From an uncultured Pseudomonadota bacterium (GTDB lineage Bacteria; UBA10199; JACPAL01; GCA-016699445): a stretch of 34,561 nucleotides of DNA. The position numbers and the translations under genes are program-made. Within the stretch, counting starts at the first letter, position 1. The number at the start of each line of letters is the position of its first letter. The DNA is taken from NCBI GenBank assembly GCA_964637745.1, contig CAZWYB010000002.1, positions 1 through 34,561 on the forward strand. Reading direction: 5' to 3'. Shown in pieces: positions 25,375 through 33,554 of the stretch. A model generated the notes under the pieces. The model saw only the letters and a list, made by a program, of their open reading frames with translations, had not been told where the DNA came from and did no database searches.

Positions 25375-26921
25375 GAAGAAGAGACTTTCGGCCCTTTTGA
25401 AGGGGACGCTGGGAGATCCGCACGGAAAGTCGCTGTGAAAAGCGCCCCCTTCCCCGGTTCGCTTTTCGCGGTGATCGTCCCCCCATGGTTCTGAAGAATC
25501 AGCCTGCAGACGGCGAGCCCCACGCCCGAGCCTCCCGTCTTCCAGACGCCCCGTTGCGTCGCCTGGCCGAACATTTCAAAGATCTTCTGATGATCCTCGG
25601 GGTTGATCCCGACTCCGTCGTCCTCGACCTCGATTGTGATTTGCTCTTTTGAAGACGCAAGCGCGACGTGAATCTTTCCTTTTTGATCGGTGAACTTGAC
25701 GGCGTTGCTCAGCAGATTGATCATCACTTGCTTGATCTTATCCGCATCGCAGACCGCGTAAAGAGGGCGATCGGGAAGTTCCAGCGTGAATTGAATTTGC
25801 TTCCCCGCAATATCGGGCTTCATCACCTCGCAGGCCTCCCGGACGACTTCCGCCATATCGGCCCTTTCGAAGACCATCTGCATCTTTCCCGCCTCCAGGC
25901 GCGAGTAATCGAGGACATTGTTGATGAGGCGGGCCAGCCGGTCGATGTTCCTCTTCGTAATCGTAAGCGTCTCTCTCTGGCCCTCGTTGATGGGCCCGTC
26001 TATGCCGTCCAAGAGGATGTCGATTCCGGACTTCATGGAAGACAGCGGGGTCCTGAGTTCATGGGACACCATGGAGACGAAGGACGACTTCATCTGGTTT
26101 ACGCGCTGCAGCTCTTCGTTCGCACGCCTCACTTGCTCCTCGGTGTGCTTCCGTTCCGTGATGTCGACGACGGAACTGATGACGAAGGCCCCTTCATCGG
26201 TTTCCATGGGATTCAAACCGATCTCGACCGGAAATTCGCTGCCGTCCTTCCTCCGGCCGAAGAGATCGCGTCCGGCGCCCATCGCGCGGGTCTGGGGATC
26301 TTGGAAAAAATCACGACGGTATTCGGGATGCCTCGCCCGGAACCTTTGAGGGACCATCATGTCGATGGAGCGTCCGACAAGCTCCTCCTTTTCATATCCG
26401 AACATCTTCTCGATCTGCGAATTGGCAAGGATGATCTTCCCCTCGTCGTCCACCATGATCATGCCGTTGGGAGCCGCTTCGAACGTCATTCGGAAACGCA
26501 TCTCGCTGCGCTTCAGTTGCGCCTCGTTCTTGATCGCCTTCAATTGGGCGGGGTTTGGAAAAGAAAGGGCGTCGGGAAGAAACGGCCAGATCGCGAAGGC
26601 CGTCGCGATGGAAACGAGCGCCGTCAACGCCTTAACGACCCCTTCGAGCCGGTAGGCTCCGTTCCACGTGGTCCAGACGGCCATAATGTGCGTGGTCCCA
26701 CAGGCAAAGATGAACGTGGCGAAGAGAACGAAGATCCAGCGGAAGGGAACGTCCTTCCGTTTCGTGATGAAGTAAAACAACGTGAGAGGGATCGAGTAAT
26801 AGGCGAGCGTGATGACGATGTCCGACGCCACATGCAGCCAAAGGATTTCCGGCTTCCAAAAATAGCAATGCCCGTGGGGCATGAAGTCGGCCGTAAAGAG
26901 ATTTTTGAGGAAATCGATCAT
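25371..26921 (-). CDS. Sensor histidine kinase: ethylene-binding-domain-like 3-TM sensor, PAS, HisKA, HATPase
   Basis: The kinase boxes are present: H-box HELRTPLSS, N-box NLLSNAVKFT, G1 DDGVGI and G2 GGSGVGLA. Residues 30-115 align without gaps across helices 1-2 to Arabidopsis ETR1 residues 21-106 as remembered. The ATGA overlap with the upstream gene stop supports the start. Confidence 0.88.
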   Translation of the reverse strand: MIDFLKNLFTADFMPHGHCYFWKPEILWLHVASDIVITLAYYSIPLTLFYFITKRKDVPFRWIFVLFATFIFACGTTHIMAVWTTWNGAYRLEGVVKALTALVSIATAFAIWPFLPDALSFPNPAQLKAIKNEAQLKRSEMRFRMTFEAAPNGMIMVDDEGKIILANSQIEKMFGYEKEELVGRSIDMMVPQRFRARHPEYRRDFFQDPQTRAMGAGRDLFGRRKDGSEFPVEIGLNPMETDEGAFVISSVVDITERKHTEEQVRRANEELQRVNQMKSSFVSMVSHELRTPLSSMKSGIDILLDGIDGPINEGQRETLTITKRNIDRLARLINNVLDYSRLEAGKMQMVFERADMAEVVREACEVMKPDIAGKQIQFTLELPDRPLYAVCDADKIKQVMINLLSNAVKFTDQKGKIHVALASSKEQITIEVEDDGVGINPEDHQKIFEMFGQATQRGVWKTGGSGVGLAVCRLILQNHGGTITAKSEPGKGALFTATFRADLPASPSKGPKVSSS

Positions 26922-29047
26922 AGACGGCGGACGTTCTTGGGAGGAATCTTCGAAATCTCCTTGGGAACCGCTTCCTTGAGGGAATCCTCGCGAAGCGGTT
27001 TTGAGTGCGAATATTTATCGGCTTCGGCCGTGTCTTCCTGAATCGGCGAGACCGCTTTATCGCGGGCGGCCTTCTCCGCCTCGTCGGGAGGGTATTCGAT
27101 CCTCTGGTGATAGATCCCCATCAGAACCCGAAGAAAGCTTTTTGCGATCGTGTGAAGGTCCTTGAGCGTCAGCTCGCACTCGTCCAGCTGGCCGTCGATG
27201 AAGTTCTTGTTGATCATGTTGCGGACGACCTCCTCCAAACGGGCGGGAGAACGGTCCTTCAGGGCCCGCGTCGCCGCCTCCACGGTGTCCGCCAAAAGGA
27301 TGATGCCGGCCTCGCGCGTCTGCGGCTTGGGGCCGGGATAGCGGTAGTCGCGCTCCTCGACCACGTGCATCTCCGGATCCTCCTTCTCCTTCGCCTTGTT
27401 GTAGAAGTAGGTGATCAGCTTGGTGCCCTGATGCTGGGGGATGATGTCCGTGATCCGCTGGGGGAGCTTGGCCTCCCGCGCCATCTCCAGGCCGTCTTTG
27501 ACATGCGAAGAGATGATCAGGGCGCTCATGGAAGGCGCGAGGCTCGCGTGCTTGTCTTCCGCCCCGGCGGCCGATTGATTTTCGATGAAATACGTCGCCT
27601 TCTTCATCTTGCCGATGTCGTGAAAATAGGACGCGACGCGGGCGAAGAGGGAATCGGCGCCGATCGCCTCGGAGGCCGCCTCCGCCAACGTCCCGACCAT
27701 GTGGCTGTGATGATAGGTCCCCGGCGCGCGGACGATCATCTCCCGGAGCAACGGATGATTCAGGCTTCCGTATTCCAGGAGCTTCACCGGCGTCAGGTAG
27801 TTGAAGAGGGATTCGAAGACGGGCATGATGATCATGACGAGCACGGCACTCAACACGCCGCCCGCGAAGGCCAGGATGGCGCGAAGGAAGAGCTCTTCGG
27901 CGTTGGTTGCGCCCGTGAGGCTCGTGACGTTCATCATATCGAGTCCCAGACTGACGACGGCGTTGAGCGCGCCCAATTCAAGCCCCACGCGAAGAAGCTG
28001 CCCGCGGGTGCGCACGCCCGACATGAAAGCGATGCTCAAGACGCAGCCCACGAAATAATACAAGGTATAGTTGAGACTTCCCTGCGCGAGGATGCCCGCC
28101 ATGGCCGCGCTCACGGGGGCGAAAAGCATGGCCATCGGAAGCGGCAGCACGAGCCTGACCATCATCGTTCCGAAGGCGATCGGAATGAGCCCGTAAAAGG
28201 AGTTCATGGGGATGTCGACCGGCAACAGGCCGCGAATGGCCCCGAACGTGAAGAGCGAGATTCTTTCGACAAGGATCAAGGTGACGAGCAAGACGCCCAA
28301 GAAAACCAGATCCCGCGGACGAAGCTCCAACTTCGGAAAGGCCCGGTTGAGGACGAAAAAGAAGGTGACAAGAAAAATGAAGATGAAGAAAAAGGTCCCG
28401 ACGAACCGGGTGCGGCTGAAGGCCCTGTTCTTTTCCTTCCGGATCCCCTCGATCACCTTGAGGTGCCAAGGCTCGAAATGATCCCCGCTTCGGATGATGG
28501 ACTCTCCGGCTTGCACCTTGATCACGACGGGTTTGACGCTTTCCACGGCGTCTTCCTGAAGCTTTTTCGTCTCCGACTCGTTATAGATGAGCGTCGGCCT
28601 GATCTCGTTTCGTTGATTCGACTTCGCCCAACGCGCCTGCGCCTCGGCAACGGACAAGATAGTGCTGAAATCCTTCAAAATCAGCTTCGGCGCGTCGGGA
28701 TGCCTCAAGAGGTGGATCTGAAGGCCCCGGTCCTTCCAGGGGTCCAATTCGCTCCGATTTCCAATGATCTTTTCGCGGCCGAAGCCGGCATCGTCCCAAT
28801 CATAGACGGGCAGGACCGATTTCATGGCCTCCTGCTTCAAGTGCTCGGTCGTCTCTTCGTCGAAGATTTCGTAGTCCTTGTCGGCACGGATGTCCTGGTG
28901 GGCGATGCGCCCGATTTCAATGCCCGTGGGCAGCTGTCCTCCTGAAAAATTGATGAGGAGGGCCACCACCAAAGACAGGATCAAGAGACCGACGCCCTGG
29001 AACAACAACGCATGCTGTCCGACCAGTTCTTCAATGTTTTTTTTCAT
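26918..29047 (-). CDS. 7TM-receptor HD/HDIG phosphohydrolase (YqfF/PgpH family)
   Basis: A large N-terminal extracytoplasmic region is followed by 7 TM helices and an HD domain (HHSHMVG, YFHDIGKMK). It occupies the conserved position between phoH and ybeY. Confidence 0.85.
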   Translation of the reverse strand: MKKNIEELVGQHALLFQGVGLLILSLVVALLINFSGGQLPTGIEIGRIAHQDIRADKDYEIFDEETTEHLKQEAMKSVLPVYDWDDAGFGREKIIGNRSELDPWKDRGLQIHLLRHPDAPKLILKDFSTILSVAEAQARWAKSNQRNEIRPTLIYNESETKKLQEDAVESVKPVVIKVQAGESIIRSGDHFEPWHLKVIEGIRKEKNRAFSRTRFVGTFFFIFIFLVTFFFVLNRAFPKLELRPRDLVFLGVLLVTLILVERISLFTFGAIRGLLPVDIPMNSFYGLIPIAFGTMMVRLVLPLPMAMLFAPVSAAMAGILAQGSLNYTLYYFVGCVLSIAFMSGVRTRGQLLRVGLELGALNAVVSLGLDMMNVTSLTGATNAEELFLRAILAFAGGVLSAVLVMIIMPVFESLFNYLTPVKLLEYGSLNHPLLREMIVRAPGTYHHSHMVGTLAEAASEAIGADSLFARVASYFHDIGKMKKATYFIENQSAAGAEDKHASLAPSMSALIISSHVKDGLEMAREAKLPQRITDIIPQHQGTKLITYFYNKAKEKEDPEMHVVEERDYRYPGPKPQTREAGIILLADTVEAATRALKDRSPARLEEVVRNMINKNFIDGQLDECELTLKDLHTIAKSFLRVLMGIYHQRIEYPPDEAEKAARDKAVSPIQEDTAEADKYSHSKPLREDSLKEAVPKEISKIPPKNVRRL

Positions 29048-29999
29048 TTCTGGCTACCTCATAGGCTTTCACGATCTCGGAAACGAGCGGATGACGGACG
29101 ACGTCTTCTTGGGTGAAGTATTGAAAGCCGATCCCGGGAATGTTCTGAAGGATCCTCTCGGCCTCGATCAATCCCGAGAGTTTTCCCGCCGGTAGGTCCA
29201 CTTGGGTGACGTCGCCGGTGACGACGGCCTTGGAATCGAAACCGAGCCGCGTCAAAAACATCTTCATCTGTTCGCTGGTGCAGTTCTGCGCCTCGTCCAG
29301 GATGACGAAGGATCCGTTGAGCGTCCTCCCGCGCATGAAGGCGAGCGGGGCGATCTCGATGACCCCCGTCTCGGTGAGTTTGACGATCTTCTCATAGTCC
29401 ATCATGTCGTAGAGGGCGTCGTAGAGGGGCCTCAGATACGGGCTCACCTTGTCGTACATGTCGCCGGGCAGGAATCCCAACTTCTCCCCCGCTTCGACGG
29501 CGGGTCGAGCGAGAATAATGCGGCTGACTTGTTTCTTCAGAAGCGCGATCACCGCCATGGCCACAGCCAGATAAGTCTTGCCGGTTCCCGCGGGTCCGAC
29601 ACCGAAAACCAAGTCGTGCTTCCGGATCGCGTCCATGTAAGCGCGTTGGTGGAGTCCTTTGGGGATCACCACTTTGTTGCGGCTCGGGATGAAGATCGTG
29701 TCTTCGAGGAGGTCCTGAAGGTTCGCGGCCTGGTTGGACGAGAAGACTCGGATCGCCTGCTCGACGTCCTGTCCGTACACCGGCATCCCTTTTTTCAGCA
29801 TGCTGTAAAGCTCGAGCAGGATTTTCTCCACGAGCTTGGCCTGCACGTCCGTGCCCTTGATGCTGACGTCGGTGCCGCGGACGTCGATCTGGACCCCCAG
29901 CCTCTTCTCCAAGGATCGGAGGTGCTCGTCTTGAACCCCGAAGAGATTTCGGGCGAGTTCATTGTTGTCGAACCGAAGCTTTTTTGCCGTTTCGCCCAT
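29031..29999 (-). CDS. phoH: PhoH-like ATPase (YbeZ)
   Basis: Walker A GPAGTGKTYLA, ILDEAQN, and a KH-like N-terminal region. It overlaps the downstream gene start by 17 nt. Confidence 0.9.
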   Translation of the reverse strand: MGETAKKLRFDNNELARNLFGVQDEHLRSLEKRLGVQIDVRGTDVSIKGTDVQAKLVEKILLELYSMLKKGMPVYGQDVEQAIRVFSSNQAANLQDLLEDTIFIPSRNKVVIPKGLHQRAYMDAIRKHDLVFGVGPAGTGKTYLAVAMAVIALLKKQVSRIILARPAVEAGEKLGFLPGDMYDKVSPYLRPLYDALYDMMDYEKIVKLTETGVIEIAPLAFMRGRTLNGSFVILDEAQNCTSEQMKMFLTRLGFDSKAVVTGDVTQVDLPAGKLSGLIEAERILQNIPGIGFQYFTQEDVVRHPLVSEIVKAYEVARNEKKH

Positions 30000-30008
30000 G
30001 CCGTTGCC

Positions 30009-30422
30009 CTAACGAGGGGCCGCTCCTCCCGCTCCTTTCTTGCCGGCCGCCGGCGGAGGGGTCTCGGCGGACACGTGCACCTTGAACTCCCTCCGGCGTC
30101 CGGAATTGTCGTAGTCGATCAGGAAAATTTCCTGCCAGGGTTCGATCAGCATCTTCATTTTTTCAAATGGCATCGCGAGCGACTTAGGCAGGAGGGTTCG
30201 GATGAGTCCCGTTGCGATATGAGGTTCCAGGGCCTTCTTCACTTCGTCCAGACGTTCCGCGGAATCGAAAACCGCCAGCCCCGCCCCGGGATTCGAAATC
30301 ACGATCGTTGCGGTACCGTTCTCCGTATTCGCCTCCTTAACGACCCGGCGGACCTCATGAATGATCTTCAAGATGTCCAAACCCTTGGTCGTGTCGACGA
30401 AGAAGTTCTTCAATAAGATCAT
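30009..30422 (-). CDS. Small conserved protein, possibly a divergent YjbQ/UPF0047-like fold
   Basis: The 137-aa ORF starts at ATG 30422 and ends 9 nt before phoH. The C-terminal PWQEIFLIDYDNSGRRREFKVHV resembles the YjbQ GTWQ...R.R motif, but the conserved His residues are not evident. Confidence 0.6.
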   Translation of the reverse strand: MILLKNFFVDTTKGLDILKIIHEVRRVVKEANTENGTATIVISNPGAGLAVFDSAERLDEVKKALEPHIATGLIRTLLPKSLAMPFEKMKMLIEPWQEIFLIDYDNSGRRREFKVHVSAETPPPAAGKKGAGGAAPR

Positions 30423-30433
30423 ATTAAAGATAC

Positions 30434-30470
30434 CACAAAAACAAAACCCCGCACCCGATCGGGTTTGGGG
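30434..30470 (-). terminator. Terminator-like hairpin plus U-tract immediately upstream of the YjbQ-like start
   Basis: The minus strand reads CCCCAAACCCGATCGGGTGCGGGG followed by TTTTGTTTTTGTG. That gives 4+4 GC-rich bp around a 2x2 internal loop, with a GAUC loop. The role is unclear (attenuator or end of an unannotated transcript). Confidence 0.4.
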
Positions 30471-30625
30471 ACGCGAAAAGGCTACTGCTTTCAGGGAGTT
30501 ATGTCAAAAAAATATTTTGACCTCAGAGAAATGAAATCGATCTCAGAAACCAGGCATCGGCGTTTGCTATAGCAAGAGACGTGCTCAAATAACTAAATAA
30601 ATCTTAGGCCTTACAGACATAGTGT

Positions 30626-30654
30626 TTGACTTTGTCCCGTCGGATGGAGAAAAT
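30626..30654 (+). promoter_or_regulatory. Candidate sigma-70-type promoter for the riboswitch leader
   Basis: TTGACT (30626-30631), a 17-nt spacer, then GAAAAT (30649-30654). This would put the transcription start about 30-40 nt before the aptamer. It is a pattern match only. Confidence 0.3.
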
Positions 30655-30694
30655 CTATCCAACTCGAAGTACAAAGGAGAACACCGAGTTCTTG

Positions 30695-30765
30695 AAAAAG
30701 GCAAACCCGTCGTGAGGCGGGGACGCAAAGCTTCTGGTCTCATTCGCCGACGTTAAAGAGGCGGA
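30695..30765 (+). promoter_or_regulatory. GEMM-I (c-di-GMP-I class) riboswitch aptamer
   Basis: The RNA reads AGGCAAA-CCCGUC-GUGA-GGCGGG-GACGCAAAGCU. This matches the remembered V. cholerae Vc2 core GGGCAAA-CCAUUC-GAAA-GAGUGG-GACGCAAAGCC position for position, with a 6-bp stem capped by a GNRA tetraloop. A second hairpin follows (GCUUCU...AGAGGC). The outer boundaries are approximate. Confidence 0.8.
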
Positions 30766-30817
30766 TGAGGCAGCAGGGCTGCCAAGGGAAGAAACGACTG
30801 ATCGTTTTCTATGGCAG

Positions 30818-30858
30818 CCCATCTCTCGGCAAAAGGCCGGAGGTGGGTTTTTTATTTT
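30818..30858 (+). terminator. Intrinsic terminator forming the riboswitch expression platform
   Basis: CCCATCTC-t-CGGC aaaag GCCG-GAGGTGGG gives 12 bp with one bulge and one G-U pair, followed by TTTTTTATTTT. The T-tract ends 18 nt before ATG 30876. Confidence 0.8.
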
Positions 30859-30875
30859 GGACAAACGGAGGCCTT

Positions 30876-33518
30876 ATGAACATCTCGTTGAAGACGGTGC
30901 TCTTACCGATCGTCATCTTCATCAACTTTCTTGGGGCCTCGGTGTCCTTTGCGGCGAGTCTCGGAACCGGAAGGGTGACTGATGTGACGGCCGGTGATAA
31001 CGGGTGTAAGACGGTCAGCGGCGATTCAACGCAGTTCTACAACGTCCAGCAATCAAAAACCTATAAGGTCACCTTGAGTAACGTAACGGAGTGCTCAGGC
31101 GGCACGATTGGCATCCTGGTCAAGAATACGGACAACGGCAACCAATGCCTGACGGCATCATCGGGATCCTCCTCCGGCACCTATACTTTTACGGTCACGA
31201 TGCCGCCGGACGCCTGCAATACCTATCCGATCCAGTATTGCGTCACCGCGTGCAAAGCCTCCACGGGTTTCTTAGCCACCCGGTCCGATGGAGGGGGTTT
31301 TGGCGCCCATCTGAGGGCCGGTAATTTTGATGCGGATTGCAATTATCTTTCACAGGATACGGATTGTACGGGCCATCAAGACGGCGATCCCTGTGACGAC
31401 GGTAACGCCTGTACAACGGATGATCAGTATCAAAACGGAATCTGCGTCGGAAGCCCTCTAAATTGCGATGATTCCAATGCTTGCACCACGGATAGATGCG
31501 ATCAAACAGCGGGTTGTATCCATACCGACGTCGTGTGCTTGACCGATGACAACGATGCCTGCACGACAAACGGCTATTGCGACAAACAAACAGGGTGCGT
31601 CAACCCGACCCCCATCAGTTGCGATGATCAGGACGTTTGCACCCTTGATAGCTGCAATCCCGCCACCGGATGCCTCAATGTGAAGGATACCTGCGACGAC
31701 CATATTGAATGCACGGCGGATAGCTGTGTCCAAGGACAAGGGTGTCTACACGTTCCTGAGAACAGTTCCTGCGATGACAAGAATCCTTGCACTAAGGATA
31801 TTTGCGACCCCCAAGTCGGCTGCCGACATGAGCCAGTTGAGGTGGGAACGGTTTGTCGCGAGGCGGCCGGGGATTGCGACGTCGCCGAGATGTGCGACGG
31901 TACGGGCGCGCCCTGTCCTCAAGATTCTTTCAAGCCGGTGGATGCGGTTTGCCGTCCTGCAGCCGGGGAGTGCGACAAAGCCGAGACATGCACGGGGTCT
32001 TCGCCCCTCTGTCCCGCGGACGCGGTAAAGCCCGCGGAGACGTCCTGCGGCGATGACGGCAATGTCTGTACTCGTGACATCTGCGACGGCAGCAGCGTCA
32101 GTTGCACGCACCCAGCCGGCAATGGAGGGACCGTCTGCCGTCAGGCCTCTGATCTTTGCGATCAGAATGCGCTCTGTACGGGGACAAGTTCCGTTTGTCC
32201 TTCCAATCCTTTTAAACCCGCCAGCGTCGTTTGCCGAGGGGCTCACGGCGTTTGTGATACGCCCGAAAGTTGCACGGGGTCCTCGGCGGCCTGTCCGGCG
32301 GATGCGTTTCTACCGAATACGGTGACGTGTCGTCCCTCGGCCGGTGTGTGCGACACGCCCGAATCCTGCACGGGCAACGGCCCCGATTGTCCGAACGATG
32401 TCTTTAAACCTTCGACGACGGTCTGTCGTCCCGCGGCGGGGGAATGCGACGTGCCGGACAACTGCTCCGGGCTGGGAGCCGCCTGCACCGATGACGCTAA
32501 GAAGGCTCCCAACACAGCTTGCACCGATGACGGCATTTTCTGCACGGCTGATCTCTGCGATGGGACGCACGACGCCTGCCAACATCCGACGGCGCCGAAG
32601 GACGGCGTAGTTTGCGACGACAGCAACGCATGTACTCAGACGGATCTTTGCCAAAGTGGCTCCTGCGTCGGATCAAACCGCATCCCGGGCGTTGTCTCGG
32701 GAATGAAATACTATGATGCCAACGCCAACGGCCAATGGGATTCAGGGGAGGTCGGGATCGGATCTTGGAGTATCTCTTATAGCGGCCCTGTCTCGGCTAC
32801 AGAGCTCACCAATGCCGGCGGTCTCTTCTCAAATTCCTTGGCAAACGGGGCGTACACCTTTAAGGAAATGACTTCTTCGGGATGGCAACAGACCGGAAAC
32901 CTGATCAATCAGACTTCCGTCAGTCAGACCGGAACCCCCCTCGGCAACGCCTCCTGCCAACTCAAAGGAGATAAGTCCTATTCGTGTCAGGTGGCCGAGT
33001 GCAACACGGTGGCGGGGGTCGATTTCGGCAACCTCTGTCTCGGCTCCGGAGGCGGTCTGACGCTGGGCTTCTGGTCGAACAAGAACGGACAGGCTCTTTT
33101 TTCAAATAGCGATCTGGCGGCGATGGTCGGTTTAAATCTCCGCAATGCGAACGGCAGCGCATTTGATCCAACAAGTTACACCGCGTTTAGAAACTGGATT
33201 CTGAGCGCTACGGCAACGAATATGGCCAACATGCTGTCGGCCCAATTGGCGGCGATGAAATTGAACGTCCGCCATAATTTCGTCTCGGGGAACGCCCTCA
33301 TCTACGCACCCGGCGCCAACAGCGCGAACGGCAACGGGTACGCGACGGTCAATGCCGTGATGGCCGAGGCGGACGCCTCCCTCGCGGCGAACGGGAATAC
33401 GGTCAAGTCGGACGCAACACGGTCCTACCAGGAGGCATTGAAAAATGCCCTGGACAACGCGAACAACAATAGGAATTTCGTTCAGGCGGGCCCTAACTCC
33501 TGCGGCCCACATCTTTGA
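30876..33518 (+). CDS. Secreted multi-repeat cysteine-rich protein (CTDC-like and disintegrin-like repeats, SdrD-B/Cna-B-like domain, unknown C-terminal domain)
   Basis: ATG 30876 has GGAGG 5 nt upstream and opens a classical signal peptide (MNISLKTVLLPIVIFINFLGASVSFAAS). The track ORF start at 30765 would read through the terminator. Confidence 0.85.
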   Translation: MNISLKTVLLPIVIFINFLGASVSFAASLGTGRVTDVTAGDNGCKTVSGDSTQFYNVQQSKTYKVTLSNVTECSGGTIGILVKNTDNGNQCLTASSGSSSGTYTFTVTMPPDACNTYPIQYCVTACKASTGFLATRSDGGGFGAHLRAGNFDADCNYLSQDTDCTGHQDGDPCDDGNACTTDDQYQNGICVGSPLNCDDSNACTTDRCDQTAGCIHTDVVCLTDDNDACTTNGYCDKQTGCVNPTPISCDDQDVCTLDSCNPATGCLNVKDTCDDHIECTADSCVQGQGCLHVPENSSCDDKNPCTKDICDPQVGCRHEPVEVGTVCREAAGDCDVAEMCDGTGAPCPQDSFKPVDAVCRPAAGECDKAETCTGSSPLCPADAVKPAETSCGDDGNVCTRDICDGSSVSCTHPAGNGGTVCRQASDLCDQNALCTGTSSVCPSNPFKPASVVCRGAHGVCDTPESCTGSSAACPADAFLPNTVTCRPSAGVCDTPESCTGNGPDCPNDVFKPSTTVCRPAAGECDVPDNCSGLGAACTDDAKKAPNTACTDDGIFCTADLCDGTHDACQHPTAPKDGVVCDDSNACTQTDLCQSGSCVGSNRIPGVVSGMKYYDANANGQWDSGEVGIGSWSISYSGPVSATELTNAGGLFSNSLANGAYTFKEMTSSGWQQTGNLINQTSVSQTGTPLGNASCQLKGDKSYSCQVAECNTVAGVDFGNLCLGSGGGLTLGFWSNKNGQALFSNSDLAAMVGLNLRNANGSAFDPTSYTAFRNWILSATATNMANMLSAQLAAMKLNVRHNFVSGNALIYAPGANSANGNGYATVNAVMAEADASLAANGNTVKSDATRSYQEALKNALDNANNNRNFVQAGPNSCGPHL
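31392..31844 (+). repeat. Six tandem ~25-aa repeats CDDxNxCTxDxCxxxxGC (Dictyostelium CTDC / Myxococcus Cys-rich-repeat-like)
   Basis: Read from the translation (aa 210-360 of the track ORF). Three more copies are interspersed downstream, up to 32672. Confidence 0.8.
31845..32495 (+). repeat. Seven tandem ~30-aa repeats CRxxxGxCDxxExCxGxSxxCPxDxxxP (ADAM/disintegrin-like)
   Basis: Read from the translation, for example VCRPAAGECDKAETCTGSSPLCPADAVKP and TCRPSAGVCDTPESCTGNGPDCPNDVFKP. Confidence 0.8.
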
Positions 33519-33554
33519 TGCGTTTTATCGGGGCGGCCCTGATCCTGATCGAGG

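Noticed and set aside
29035-29044. The poly-A run right after the 7TM-HD start codon (ATGAAAAAAAAC) as a phase-variation or slippage site.
   Set aside because: It is a single A8 tract encoding Lys-Lys, which is common at N-termini, and there is no alternative frame with coding potential.
30655-30864. A 69-aa minus-strand ORF in the intergenic region.
   Set aside because: It lies antisense to the riboswitch and terminator, has no ribosome-binding site, and has a low-complexity translation.
30765-30875. An in-frame N-terminal extension of the repeat protein (track ORF start at 30765).
   Set aside because: It would bury the signal peptide 37 aa inside the protein and would read through the riboswitch expression platform and a 12-bp-stem terminator. 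ATG 30876 has a GGAGG ribosome-binding site.
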